NCBI RefSeq assembly: GCF_009834535.1
Contig: NC_045696.1
Coordinates: 84,694,001 to 84,758,000, forward strand
Length of the DNA: 64,000 nucleotides
Origin: Camelus ferus
Lineage: Eukaryota
Direction: 5' to 3'
Part shown: one piece after another, positions 10,951 to 25,057 of the stretch
How the letters are laid out: every line of letters begins with the position of its first letter
Position numbering within the stretch: the first letter of the stretch is position 1
Made by a program: the position numbers and the translations under genes
Notes under the pieces: model-generated
Seen by the model: the letters and a program-made list of their open reading frames with translations, nothing else
What the model was told of the DNA's origin: nothing
Database searches by the model: none

Positions 10951-13723
10951 TTTTTAATTTAGGTGGTTATGGTTCTTTGTATATGTTTTAATCTTCATTT
11001 TAATTTTTTAAAAATTTTTTCTGAGAAAATCAAAGAATTGATTGTGAATTAATGATAATAAGGGAGGGAAATAGTGCAAATATTCCAGAAATAGATTCGC
11101 TTCTCAAACTATTTATTTAGAAATTGTATCTAGATGCTAGATTTTACTCAGTCTCCCAAGCCAGAAATCTAGGAACCAGTTTGCTCATTAGGGAATGAAA
11201 AATTCAGCAAATGCTATCAATATTACCACTTTCAATACTAGATACTCCTCTGCATTTCCAGCATCCTCACCCCACTAAAGATCTCCTGAATTTTCCTGGA
11301 TAACTACAATTTTGTCAGCTATCTGGGATAGTTGGCTCCATCTGATTCCATATCCATCAGTGTTCAAATGACAGGCCGGACTTTGAAAAATATGAATGCA
11401 CATGCCATTCACTTGCTCCAAGGATTCACAGGTTTCTCCATGCTCTTAGGCTAAAAGCCATAACTTCTTCTTTTTGTAGATGTGTTACTTTGTAAGTATC
11501 TTGTTTGTAATCCTTGAAAATAGACCATAAATTTGTGTGTGGTAGAGCTGAGGTGTGTGGAAAATAAAATGTGATTAAGAGATGAAAATATTCTCTGTGA
11601 CTAATTTCATCAAACTGGCATTGGCTTCTTGTGGCTGATTTTGTTTACTAATATGTTTTACTTCTGCATAAGAACAAATTTATCAGATATATAGCTAACA
11701 TACAGAAAATTACTAACATGGATTAGTGGAGAAGGCAAAACACTTCAGTACTTTTCCCTTTTACTGTGCATTAAATGAAATCTGTTAACATTTCCATTAT
11801 TCTATCTTTATTCAGGACTTATTTATTGGGTAAACTTAAGAACTTAGTGATACAATTTGTTAATCTAAACTATGCTTAATTTTTCAAGGTGCAAATATTA
11901 TATATTAATAGATTTAATAAATATGTAAAAATAAGGCAATTTAAAGCATTATCTGTATTTCCAAAGAATTTAAAATAATTACTCAATACACTATACAAAC
12001 TTTGATACTGCTAAATGTTGATCAAGATTAAATAGGAAATATAAAGGAATAAGAATTGGACACTGTCAATATTTTAGGAATAGATTTTTTCTTAATAAAT
12101 TTTTAAAAAAGAAGAAAAAAGAAAGAGGGGAAGAAGGAAAGGGGGAAGGAAAGAGAAGGGAAGGATCATTCATAAAAAGATACATTTTGAATTAGAATGA
12201 TTAAAAAAGATTGAGGAGATTATATATATAAACATTATACATATATATTAGGTAGGGTTAAATAATAGGTGGGTTAAAATTACAAAATCATAACTGTTAG
12301 TTTTCTTGGGCTTATTTTCATTGTCCCAACACCCTGCCCAGTTAACATTACTTTTGTTCTTAAGAAGTATCTGGCAGAAACAATAAATCACATGGTCACA
12401 CAAGTCACACAATACCTAAAAGGCAATAGAATAATATTGTAAACTTATTGCTTATTGACAACCACCACAAAATGTGTTGCTAGATCTTCAGTACTCCTTT
12501 GTAAAGCTTCCTATTACATAGTTCTAAGACTATAATCTTGAGGAGAGAAAGTAATTTTTTTCTCAGTGAAGTTGATATTCACAATTTTGCTATAATTATA
12601 TCTAATTGAAACTCAAGTATCCTAAATGTATCTTCAAATTTGAATGATTGCTCACAGTTACTTTTAAAACCTTACAGGTGTTAAAACCTATTAATATTTT
12701 TATATAATCTACTTTTCTGTAAGTAAGTAGTGGATTTGGATTATGTATGTTTTTGAAAATGGATAGTAGAATTAATTAGTTAATGTGGAAACAAGACTAT
12801 AAGTTGATTAAAGTACATCAACCAGCAGAAAGTTTATTATAGAACATGACAAGTCACAATGGAAATAAAGGAACAGAAGGGGCTTTGGACACTACTCCAT
12901 TCTGAATTTAGTCAAAAAGAATATTCAACATGTGCTGGCTTTGTCTCTCTTAGAAACTAATTAGGTGTGAAGACACTGTGTTTCTATAATTCTTTGGAAC
13001 TAAGGAATAATGTGAAAAAGAAAACAGCATTTGAATTTTGTCTTTGCCTTCCCTCCTTCTGCTTTAAGTATTATCTAACAAGTATTCTTTTACAATTGAT
13101 TGAAGATACAAGCACACAGAAATAAAATACCAAAATAAATGTGAAAGTTAGTTCACAGGCAGTCCTACCAATCATATTTCAGATAACTTTTTATATATAT
13201 TTTTATCAGCTCAGAATCTAATTCTAGGTATACAATTCTCAGCAATATGCCCTAGCTGGGGATGAAAAGGTATGGAGAAAAAGACAATCATAATCATAGG
13301 TTTCTAGTAAATCAAAAAAGACACTAAATTAATAAATGTTCTGAGTGGTACATTATAGGGATATTGGTTCTTAACAATGATAATTATAGTAATCTAAGCT
13401 ATTGTACTTATTAATCATTGCTTTTGCTAATAGAATAATATAGACAGCTTAATAAAGTTGTACTGTCCTGTTTTTTCTTATAACACAAAATTAAGAGGCC
13501 AGCTTGATTGCTGTATGTTTTTAGTTAATGCGCATTATTTTTTCTTCCTTCAAATTTAAAATGCTTTAAAACTTTTTAACATTATTCTTATAGCTCAAAC
13601 ATTTCACCAATATATGCCTATTTGTGGATATCTTTTCAATTATGTTGCCTGGAATAATGTGAGCTATTGTAATCTGCATGGAAGCTATTTTAATTAAAAC
13701 TGGTAATTCTCTTTCCTTTCCCT

Positions 13724-14242
13724 TGGAAGGTAGAAAAGTTACTTCCCAAAGATATCCTAATCCCCCAAATCTGTAAATATGTCACCTTACATGGCAAAAT
13801 GGACTTTGAAGATTATTGAGTGATTGAGTCAAGGGTCTTAAAATGGAAAGAGTACCCTTAATTATCCAGGCTGACCCAACATAATCAGAATAATCTTTAT
13901 AAGAGGAAGGCAGAAGGGTAAGAATTAGAGAAGATGTGATGACTGAAGCAGAGCTCAGAGAGGAGAGAGATTTGAAGAAGTTACACTGTTGGCTTTAGGA
14001 TGTAAGAAGGGCCCATGAGCCAACAGATGTATGTAGGTGGCCTGCAGAAGTTGGAATAGGCAAAGGATGACTTCTACCCTAGAGCCTTCAGAAGGAATGC
14101 GGACCCTCGAACACCTTGATGTTAGTCACATAAAACCCCAGTCTGGATTTCTGACATCCAGACAGCAGGATAATAAATTTGTGTTGTTTTAAGCCATGAA
14201 GTTTCTCATAATTTCTTATGGCAGCAATAAAAATCTAGTACA
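13724..14242 (+). mobile_element. MaLR MLT1C/D-type LTR
   Basis: cccaaagatatcc..aatatgtcaccttacatggcaaaatggactttg..gccttcagaaggaatgc..aataaatttgtgttgttttaagcc..ctagtaca. Confidence 0.85.
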
Positions 14243-15527
14243 AAGCCTTTGATCATGACTAATTAAGTTTATTTTATATTTGTTCTATGATTTTTTAATT
14301 TTTATCCTTTTGCTTTGGATTTGGAAAATCAAATTCTTCAGATGTACGTCATCCACAATGATGATTCCATATGCTATGGTGTGAATTTTGATTTTTTAAA
14401 TTATGTGTCTTTATCATTCCTGGTGTTACCTATTTAGTTACCAGTCAGTACTTCCTTACTGCACCATGTCCTGTTTCATCCCACTCCATTCTTTACTTGT
14501 GTTGGCTCCTGCTTCATAAAGATTGAAATCATGAACCCTACTGAGAATATCAGCATATCAGCATTCTGAACTTTTCTTCTGAGTCTTGCAACAGCTTCTT
14601 TTCAGATGTTCTCTCTCTCTCTCTGAATCTGCTCAGTGAATCAATGTTCTCCAGTATATTGTTTCCATTGGCCCCTAGTTGGTTGCTTTTCATTGCTTAT
14701 TTTCACACAAGACATCTGTCCAACCTTAGTGATTTTTAAAGATCAGAGGTTACAAAATTTAAATTTCAGCTCCCTATTCTTTCTGGTGATCTGGTAGTTT
14801 AATTTTGTCATTTTTCGTCACAGTTGAAGGGTAGTGTGATGTATTTCCAGTTTGATGCATTCTTACTATATTTCTGCTGTAAACCAGGGAAGTATATGAA
14901 AATATTAACTTCAAACATAAATTATCTACCCTCATGTACAATGCCTGATTTATAAAAATGAGACTTAATTAAAATTTTGTCACAATTATGTGGTCTGAGT
15001 ATTCAGACTGGTATATTTACTTAGACCATAATTTAACTTCAGAGATTTAGAGTGAGAATGTAGGAAGCAACTTGCCATTCAGTTTTGTCTAATAGTCATT
15101 ACAGGCCATGCCCCTAACCCAGTAGTAGAGGGAGGAGAAGAAATCCACATTGCAAAATCCCTGAGTTACACTAGTTCATGCTACAGTTAAACAATAATTT
15201 CAACAACCTAGAACCCCAAAGGAACTTAATAGCGACTAGTGAAAACATTAATCAACACTTACATGAAACCACAAGTTGATATACATGCAGTTATAGTCCA
15301 AGAATATAGTCACTAGTTTTGAACTCATTTCATGTTATGAACCATCAAAATATATACAGTCATTGGGAAGCCTAGGAGAAGCATTAATGAAAGTCAGGGA
15401 CTCAAATACAAGACAGGTGCACTGGAAAAATGACTCCTTATGACCTTTGTGGTACTTGAGGGAAGAAAAAATACATAGAAGATTGTAGGCTTTAAGCGTC
15501 ATATTGTTTTATTTATAAATGTGAATG

Positions 15528-15566
<39 letters not shown>

Positions 15567-15749
15567 GTAAATTTGTGTGTGCTAGTTTGCTGTAACACTG
15601 AAAAATAAATTATATCTACTAATGTATCAATAGAAAATACTATCACATTGAAAGGCAACAGGTACTTATGATCTGTTACAGAAAACTAAGACTAGAGTCT
15701 ATGCCAAAAATACTACTGTTTAATCTATGTAATCCTTTGGGTTTCTCAG

Positions 15750-17371
15750 GGTTTGTTAGTGATGTGGATTTGCTCATTTATAAATTCAGATGATCTGAAG
15801 GGTAAGTAACAGGTAGCATTAGATAAGCTTTTAAACTCTTTCCCATGAGTCATGAGAACAATATTCAGTCACTTACTCGAAGGAGTGTGGTCTCCCTGGA
15901 GTCTTGGTAAATAATATTTCCCAAGACCATGAGTTTAATTATTGCTCTAAATCACTAACAGATTTCACTGGATTGTATTTTTAAATTCAGTCTTTAAAAG
16001 TCAGAATTAGACAAGTGACAAACTTTGTGGAACTGGCCTGTAAACTTACCAGTGTTTTGCTGTACTGCTATTTTGGGAAGATTCATTTTTTCAGATAAAT
16101 TTAATTGATTCATAAATGAATCTTTTCAATGCATAGAATCTCAAGATGAACTTCAAGTGTGATTCCTTGATCATGATTGATTTATGTAGGTTATATGGTA
16201 ATTCTTATTTAATTTGGCTATTTTTATTTTAGCAAGAATATATACCCAGCCACACTATAGGAAAAAAATAAAGAAAGAAAGAAAATAGAAGTATTTTACC
16301 AGGACCAGGCATGTGAACTTGATTAAAATATATGCATATCAGTAACTGGCAATTTGATTATGGGTAAATTGCTTATTCTATATGTAAACATTAATTTTCC
16401 TTTGTGAAAAATTAAAATATTGAATTAAATAAATTCCATAAAACTTATCAATTGCAAAATATTTTGTATCTGTGTAAAGAAAAATAAATCACAATAAAGC
16501 ATCTTGGTAATACATGAGGCATCAACAAAAGAAATAGACTAAACCAGAAACAAACTCACAGACATAGAATATAAACTTGTGACTGTCAGCAGGGAGGTGG
16601 GTGAGAAGGGATAAACTGGGAGTTCGAGATTTTTTAGATACTGTTAAGTATATATAGAATAGATAAACAAGTTTATATTGTATAGCACAGGAAAATATAT
16701 TGTAGTAGCTCATGGTGAAAAAGAATATGAAAATGAATATATGTATATTTATGTATGACTGAAGAATTGTGCTGTACACTAGAAACTGACACAACATTGT
16801 AAACTGACTATAACTCAAAAAAAAGAAATAGACTTCAGTGATGATTTAACTTATAGGACTCATGAGTATTCAACAGTTGATTAAGATATTTACTAGAAAA
16901 ATTCTTTATTGATCAATATTTTTAGGAATGCCCATTAGGGATAAGGAAAGCTAGGTTATTATACCAGGGTAACTCTGCAATTTCCTATTTAATTATACAG
17001 TCAGAAGAAAAATATTTTTTATGCCCAAGAGTGGTTTTTTTCCCTGCACAAAAAGACTATAAAATTTTAGCTTGAGTAATTTCTATCTATAGAGAATACT
17101 GCTATACTGGATAACACTAAAAAAAAATCTACTTGCACATGATACAATTTATGTCAATCCACAAATTAGTAGATGGAACACCATGATAGCCAGAGGAGGA
17201 ATCAAGAATAACTAAAATACTCTGTATAAAGAACAAAAATTTAGCAGAAGAATAAAAGAAGGATAATAAAACTTTATTGGCTGGTAGAGAAATGTATTAT
17301 AATACAGGTGATTGAAATAATTTTGGCCAGTAAAAATACCCAGTTAAATGATCAGAATGCTTTCAAAACCT
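15750..17371 (+). pseudogene. Three exon remnants (15750-15801, 16095-16197, ~17190-17371) leading into a stalk-like coiled coil
   Basis: GLLVMWICSFINSDDLK G|gtaagt joins in phase to (D)KFN*FINESFQCIESQDELQV. Next is PEEESRITKILCIKNKNLAEE*KKDNKLYWLVEKCIIIQVIEIILASKNTQLNDQNAFKT|gtatga (60 codons, one stop), which is coiled-coil-like. Confidence 0.45.
16541..16820 (+). mobile_element. 5'-truncated young L1 (3'UTR only)
   Basis: Similar to the L1 3'UTR at 19680-19950. Perfect 14-bp TSD AAAAGAAATAGACT at 16527-16540 and 16821-16834. Confidence 0.92.
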
Positions 17372-17439
17372 GTATGAAAATCTTCTGCTTTTACTGAAAA
17401 TTTTATCAAAGCTGCTATACTGAAATATGCCTTAATTTC

Positions 17440-18440
17440 AATTTCACAACTATATTCTCATAAACATCAAAAAATATAGAAGAGGCAAATGCATCTTTTG
17501 ATCCATTTCCACCCCCAAATTCCACTCTCTTCCCCAGATGGAAGCACATCTTCCAACAAGAAATGTTGTTCATAACTTGTCTGTTTTCTGTAAATATATG
17601 CATACATGACACATACAGTTTTGTTTTGAATGCATATGTGTTTCAAGTAAGTAGAATAATGTTAAAACAAAGTATTTAAGCAATTTAGATTATTTTGTGT
17701 TTAAACATTTTTTATTTTCACTTTGTTTTGCTTAAATTGATGAATGGGAAAAATTTCCTTGCAAGTACACAGTCACCAATTTTAGTTTTAAAACATCACC
17801 ACAGACATTAAGATAGATACTGCTCTCATTATATTTAAACTTTTTTATTGCTACTGTATCAAAAACTTACTGATTTTGTGTGTGAATTTTGCATTTGTAA
17901 TACTCATTAAACTCCTTTATTAGGGAAAAACATATTAGCTTATTTTCATTAAATGTCTATTTAAATAATTTTTTCCTTTTCAAATATGTATAATTTCGGG
18001 GTTTATTTTCTTGATAATTCATGGAGCTTCCAACAGTTGAATATTAATAGGAAATAGTAGCATCTTTTCTTGTTTACTTTAGGGTGAATGTTTTCAGTTA
18101 ATTCTTTATTAAATATGATATTTTTGTGGTTCTTTAATAGATACCAAGGTAAAGTAAGTAATTTCTACTCTATTGTGTGATTGTAAAGAAAACATCAAAA
18201 ATGTTTTTAAGGTTATCATATGCTTTTCTTCATTTATCAAGATTCTATTATGCTAGCCATCTTTAATTTGGGGGAATTTCCCAATACACCATTCTTGAAT
18301 TCCTGAAACAAAATCTACTTGCTCATAATATTTAATGAACAATTTCAGTATGATAATTTTTTGTATAATTATATTCATATTTAAATTTTACTGTAAAGAT
18401 TTTCATTTTCTGTATCCATTTTTGGCTTCAGGGTTATGAT
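17440..18440 (-). mobile_element. Ancient L1 fragment
   Basis: Degenerate T-rich L1M ORF2/3' sequence, e.g. catctttttcttgtttactttagggtgaatgttttcagt and cattcttgaattcctgaaacaaaatctacttg. Confidence 0.5.
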
Positions 18441-18530
18441 ACCACATAAAAATTAAATACAAAAATACTCAAGTATGTCAGCTCTCATATTAAATATAAC
18501 TGGACTCAACACTCCAAATAAAAGATATCA

Positions 18531-19963
18531 TGTGGACCGGTGGAGCAGCATAGAGAGCCCAGAAATGAACCCACAAACTTTTGGTCAACTAATCTTTGAC
18601 AAAGGAGTCAAGAATATACAATGGAATAAGGACAGTCTCTTCAGCAAGTGGTGTTGGGAAGACTGGACAGCAGCATGTAAAGCAATGAAGCTAGAACACT
18701 CCCTTACACCATACACAAAAGTCAACTCAAAATGGATCAAAGACTTGAACATGAGACAAGATACAATAAACCTCCTAGAAGAAAATATAGGCAAAACATT
18801 ATCTGACATACATCTCAAAAATGTTCTAGAACAGTCTACTCTGGGAATAGAAATGAAAGCAAAAAATAAACAAATGGTACCTAATGAAAATTACAAGCTT
18901 CTGCACAGCAAAGGAAACCATAAGTAAAACAAAAAGACAACATATGGAATGGGAGAAAATTTTTGCAAATGAAACCAACAAAGGCTTGATCTCCAGAATA
19001 TATAAGCAGCTCACACGATTTAATGAGAAAAAAACAAACAACCCAATCCAAAAATGGGCAGAAGACCTAAACAAGAAATTCTCCAAGGAAGAAATACAAA
19101 TGATTAATAGGCACATGAAGAAATACTCAATATCACTAATTATCAGAGAAATGCAAATCAAAACTACAATGAGGTATCACCTCACACCAGTCAGAATGGC
19201 CATCATTCAAAAGTCAACAAATGACAAATGCTGGAGAGGCTGTGGAGAAAAGGGAACCGTCCTACACTGCTGGTGGGAATGCAGTTTGGTGCAGCCACTG
19301 TGGAAAACAGTTTGGAGATTCCTCAAAAGACTAGGTATAGACTTACCATATGACCCAGGAATCCTGCTCCTGGCATAGATCCAGAAGGAACCCTACTTCA
19401 AAATGACATCTACACCCCAGTGTTCATAGCAGCACTATTTACAATAGCCAAGACATGGAAACAGCCTAAATGTCCATCAACAGACGACTTGATAAAGAAG
19501 AGGTGGTATATTTATACAATGGAATACTATTCAGCCACAAAAACTGACAACATAATGCCATTTGCAGCAACATAGATGTTACTGGAGAATGTCATTCTAA
19601 GTGAAGTAAGCCAGAAAGAGAAAGAAAAATACCATATGAGATCACTCGTATGCAGAATCTAAACAAAACAAAACAAAAATACAAAACAGAAACAGACTCA
19701 TAGACATAGAATACAAACTTGTGGTTGCCAGGGGGGCGGGGGGTGGGAAGGGACTTGCATTTCAAAATGTGGAAAAGATAAACAAGATTGTACTGTGTAG
19801 CACAGGGAAATATATACAGGATCTTGTGGTAGCTCACAGCGAAGAGAATGTGACGATGAATGTACATAAGTTCATGTATAACTGAAAAATTGTGCTCTAC
19901 ACTGGGATTTGACACAACATTGTAAAATGACTATAACTCAATAAAAAAAAGTTTATATATATA
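18531..19963 (+). mobile_element. Young 5'-truncated L1 (ORF2 C-terminus + 3'UTR + A-tail)
   Basis: ORFs 18475-18927 and 18884-19378 carry L1 ORF2p motifs ([67 protein letters not shown]). 11-bp TSD AAAAGATATCA at 18520-18530 / 19964-19974. Confidence 0.97.
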
Positions 19964-19974
19964 AAAAGATATCA

Positions 19975-20600
19975 CCATTTGTATTAAAAATAAATGTGGG
20001 GCATTTGCAGTGGACACACATTGATGTAAAAATACAGAAACTTTGAAAGTAATAAGATGGAAAAAAATATGAAAAAGCTAGCCAGAAATGGTGAAAAATA
20101 TATTAATAGCAAAATATACTTTAATGAGAAAATGTTATCAGAAATAAAAGAGAATAATTTCATAATGAAAAAAATGGATCACTCAAGAGAACACAAGAAT
20201 CCTAAATTTGCATGAACCTAATGGGACACCTTTAAAATACATAAAGCACAAGTTCAAGACTCAAAAAGAGAAATAAATTCAAAATTATAGTTGGAGGTTT
20301 TTAACACACTACAGTTAAATAAATAATAGAGCAAATGAACAAAATTATCAATAAATATAAAGTTTAGAAAAGTAACATTAGTCAACTTGACATAATTTAT
20401 AATTTTAAACACAACTACCAAACCACTTTTCTTAAGTGAGTATGGTCGACATCCCAAAAATATATATTATGGGCCATAAAGGAAGTCCCGAACATTTAAA
20501 AACCTTGAAACAAAAAAAGATTTTTTTTTCCTGAGTAGAATGAAATTACACTGGAAATCAACAGAAAATCAGCTAGAATTTTTTAAATGTTTGAAAACTG
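19975..20600 (+). mobile_element. Ancient L1 ORF2 endonuclease-region fragment, host of the young L1 (left part at ~18440-18530)
   Basis: The left flank encodes LNITGLNTPNKR (L1 EN NVNGLNSPIKR). The right flank continues with aatcctaaatttgcatgaacctaat and aaattatagttggaggtttttaacacac. Confidence 0.7.
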
Positions 20601-21855
20601 GTTACTATGGATTGACATTCATAAGCTTTACAAAATAAGATATAAATTCAGAAAAAATTGGTCACTTAGCAAAAGAAAGGGAAAAGAGGAAGACCCACAA
20701 TTTGGATCATAAAATGTTTAGAAATTTTGACATTTTTAGAACTGAAACTGTAAGAGATAAGCTTACAGAAGTTTTTTTGAGTAATAGATGTTACCAAAAT
20801 TTACTAATACCCTGCAAAGCAATCAGGTTAGCTTTTTCTTCCTTTCTTTGTTCTTTAACTTAGAGCCTGGTCTAAAATATTCTATATATTAGTAGCCTTG
20901 TGAAGGCTCCCCAGTAAGCAATGAGGGGATACTGGCCAACGTTCATTTCAGTTACTGCCAGAGAAGCTAGCATATGAGTAGCAACCTTCAAAAGACTAGA
21001 ATCAAGAACAACAGAAAAAAACAGACACAGCAGTTCCTCCCAGAGACAAGACAGAGCCTAAAATGAAACTTGTACATGGCAGCAAGATTTAAGAATTGCT
21101 AGTAACCTGTTACTGCTCTGATCTAGTTTTACTCTTTTTAGTTCATTTTTCTGTGGCTATCTCTTCCTGCTCCATTACTGTTATTTGACGGTTTAGGTGT
21201 GTAGAAAACTTTCTAGTTCTTATGTTGGCCAACCACTGGAATCCACATTGACATCTGACAGAGAAGATTGTATATCCTCTAGAGATCTTTAAATGTGAAT
21301 TATAGGCAGGAATTAGATGGAATTATGGAGTTTCTTCAATAACAAGTGGTTAAATATATTCTAAGTTAGAGAATGGGAATAACATACACATGTGGTGGGC
21401 AAAATGTTAGATTTTGCTAGAGATTAACCTGTGCTCATAAAACCCAATATATTCTTTCTCCTGGGAATACAATCGGAATGTATTTCCTGTGCCCTTTTGG
21501 AGTGAGGTTGAACCACACATAGTACTAGGTTGCAACCAACGAAATGTAGAAGAAAGTGACATACACTACTATTACTGAGCTGTAAGGACTTGCATGGAGC
21601 ACTCTGTAGTTTCCTTTTTCTCAATTTACATATCTAATAAAGAGGATAGATGGAAAATTCCAGTGAGCTAAATGATAGTATTTATTCACTCAATGACGAT
21701 GAAGATATGTGTTCTGCAGACACACACATATAATCTCAGATTCAAAATGAATTTTTACTTGAGACATGAAAACGCTTTGCAGTAATAAGCCATTGTGATT
21801 TAGTTGTTTTTTTTTTTTAAATTATAGTAACTAGTGTTACTTTCCCAATAACACC
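20600..21855 (+). mobile_element. Old MaLR internal fragment plus MLT1-type LTR
   Basis: MaLR-int-like sequence followed by ctgggaatacaatcggaatgtatttcctgtgccctttt..aagccattgtgattt..ttatagtaactagtgttactttcccaataaca. Confidence 0.45.
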
Positions 21856-22315
21856 TATTGCTGTGATCAATAAAACATCAACTACTGGAATATATGAGGA
21901 TTAATCCATCAATTATCAAGACAGTTTGACTTGTTTGTTAAAATAATTAAATCTTTTTTTACTATTTACAAATCTCTACTGTTATAATATGTAGTTATTT
22001 GAGATTTAATTCCTCTATATCCTATTTTATTTTAATTTTTCATCTATTACCTTTTTGTATTATATGTTTTGCACAATTGTGGTTATGTATATAAAAATTA
22101 AAGTTTGTAATACATTTATTTCTTATTTTTTTCTGTCATATATTTCTAAAAGAGATAATTTCCCATTCTGTCCTTAAACTTTTACAATGCTTTCTTTGTT
22201 TTCATTAGTCTTAGAACAAACAGAATGCAGGAGACAATTAAATTTTTAACAACAGGTTAAGCACCTTACAGTGCTTACAATGTTTATTCTTGAATCTATA
22301 AAATAGGGACAACTA

Positions 22316-23150
22316 TGTGATGACAGAAGAAGCCCTTTTCCAACCAAATATAAACAAGCTTTTGAACAACTAGATGGGAGAAGACGAGTAATCATGCCTT
22401 AGGTTTTAAAGCTGATAGGCCCCTTAAGGGACCCAGAAACATTATCACCCTGCACTTACACCCAGTGATAGAAATTATTGCAATAATCTAATAGAAGTCC
22501 AGAAAAATAGCAGGAAAATCTGAAAGCAGAGGATGTTTTGTTTTACTTTTATGATTTGGAGAAAGGATTTTGAATCTCTTAGGAGATATATATATCTATA
22601 TCTATATCTAGATATAGATATATATATTAGACATGTTTCCTGAAACATAGAGTAGTGACTGCTGATGGCTTTCTCTGCATGTGAATCTTAGGAAAAAAAT
22701 TCAGTGACTAAAATACTGCAGTGGTAATAGAAATTGTAGGAGGTTTGTTTAACTGTAAAAGACTAAACGCAGTTTGCAGAGTGGGTGAACTTCATGCATG
22801 GAGCCCATATTGGTGACAGTGGACATTATTCCAGGTCATAAAACTCTGAGATCAGGCAGGAACAGAGACTCAGAGGTGAAGAGCAAAAGAGAGTGTAAAT
22901 TAAATCGATGAGTCATCCTCCAGCCCTCCCTAAGGACAGTACATAAACTACTGCAAATAATTGGATTGGTAAAAGATTAGATACTGAACCCTGAATTTGG
23001 AAGAATAGTTACCCAAATTAGACTGTCTACAAAATAGAGTGAAGTTGGCAAGATTAATTTTTCCATCACAAGTAGAAGTGGAAGCTTGTTAGCTAAGTTA
23101 ATGTTATTATATACCTGGGAAGAAAGATACATTTTCTGCATATGAGATAT
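22316..23150 (+). mobile_element. Ancient LTR-like element (MamGypLTR-like)
   Basis: tgtgatg start, ggccccttaagggacccag, and the end agaaagatacattttctgcatatgag. Family call is tentative. Confidence 0.35.
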
Positions 23151-24249
23151 ATTATAAATTTTAAACTTGCATTACATTTTACACTTGTTTGCTTTTAAAT
23201 AATATTTAACCTGGTGCCTTTCTATGAATTTCATTATCCATGTAGATATACATGGATATTTTGATTATTTATCATTTATATGTTTTATATGAAAATGTAA
23301 AAATTTCCACTTTGAATCTTGTAGTTTAACATATGTGTGTTTATTAGGGTTTCTGGTCCTTATAATTATTCCAAATGTTTATTTTATGTTTGAAACTCAC
23401 CCTGTAGTCTAATTTTTCTTTTTTAAAATTTCAGTTGGATAACTTGAATTTTTTGTTATGTACTATTTAGAGTTAGAAATTATATGTCTTATTCACTGAT
23501 TTGAATGCTGAAAGAAAATAATAAAACAAGTTTAGATATTTATTTCTTGAATATCAACTTAGTACTAGAGCTATGCCTCAAGTGTTATTTGGAAATCATA
23601 AATGAAATAAATTGATCATAAAGAATTTAATTAAAATAAGGCTAAATATTTAAATATTTTAAAAATTATAAACATGTTAAATACCAAATAAAGAATAATT
23701 TAAATATAAATGCTGAAGATATGTGATTATTTTAATATTTTATTAAGATCTGAAATCAATCTAAAATTATACAAATAAATTTTTATGAAATAAAAAACTT
23801 TTTACATCATAGAGATGGAAATGATACAGTGATAATTTTTAGTTTTTCAAAAATTTTTAATTATATAGGAAGAAAGACCCCCAAAAGGTATTAAGAAAAG
23901 TTAGATACAAAGCCATATATATGCGCACACACGCACACACACACACACATTTTTGTAACAATTACATAAATAGAATCTCTCAAACAGACCCTCTTTCTCA
24001 TATACACATGCACAGACTGGTAAGAACTACACTAAAATAGTAATAGGGATTATTCTGTGCTGTAGGATTATGGATAAGTTTCTTTAGTTTCTTTTGCCTT
24101 TTTTACTTTTTTTTCTTCATATTCTGTGTTTTCTAAATATCTTCAACTAAAGTCTAGAACTATAGAATGAGGCAAAAACAATGGCAAGACAAATATGGCA
24201 TGATGCATCCACTTTAATTCTGGGGGTCTAATAATAGAACAGGACTTCT

Positions 24250-24822
24250 GAGGACTTTATTCCATGCTCCATTCTGAAGAGCACTCTACCATCTCTTCAC
24301 ACCTGGGGAGGGTCCTGCTGCCAGTCGGCTATGGAGTTCCCAACTGCCTTCCCTCTCAGTGACCTGCAGGTAACCTGTAGAAAATTACTGTTCCATGTCC
24401 TGCCCGAACGCTTTCTCAGAAAATTTCTGCCACTCCTTTAGCCTCATTTGCTGGGTATACTCCCTCTCCACAACCTTCTGGGTATGTTCTGCATCTAGTT
24501 TAGCCTGAAGGTTTCAAGTTCATTCCTCTTATTTTTCTTGTAATTTTCCAGTAATGCCTAAGTTTGTATCTTTCTATTGCTCACACAAATCCTCCAGATT
24601 CAGTACTTGGTTTTCTAGCTCCTCCACACTAGCCTCTAGATGAGTCAGATTTGCTGTAAGTGCATTTTCTTTCTCTCCCAGTGAGCTGAAAGCATAACCA
24701 ACCCTGGTGTCCATCAGCTCTTTAGCAACTGCACAGTCTTAGGTTCTTCTGTGAAGTGCACCATGCATCTTCATACCTGCTATGTAATTCTAGTCCAGCA
24801 GAGTACGTTCACAAATACAGAA
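24250..24822 (-). pseudogene. DTNBP1: 5'-truncated processed pseudogene of dysbindin
   Basis: The minus strand reads [120 protein letters not shown]. This matches dysbindin residues ~40-222, without introns and with stops and frameshifts. Confidence 0.95.
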
Positions 24823-25057
24823 AATATAGGGGCCAATTTTTCCAGTTGTTGAAAAGCTTTCTATTGTACTAGTTAAGAAGAATTATAGAAAGATTGTTAT
24901 AAGCTAACTCTAAATATTTTATCTGATTTCTTTAATATTAATATAATACCTATTTTCAATAATATATATTTTAAATGTTTAAAGCAATGAGACATTTTAA
25001 CTCATACAAGTTCTGCTTTTTGATAAAATATTCCTAGTTCTCCTTTGTCTTTTTTAG

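Noticed and set aside
18475..18927. 150-aa ORF, the start of which is not L1 C-terminal sequence
   Set aside because: Chance in-frame chimera of an old L1 endonuclease fragment (LNITGLNTPNKR) and the young L1 inserted into it at the AAAAGATATCA TSD; not a gene.
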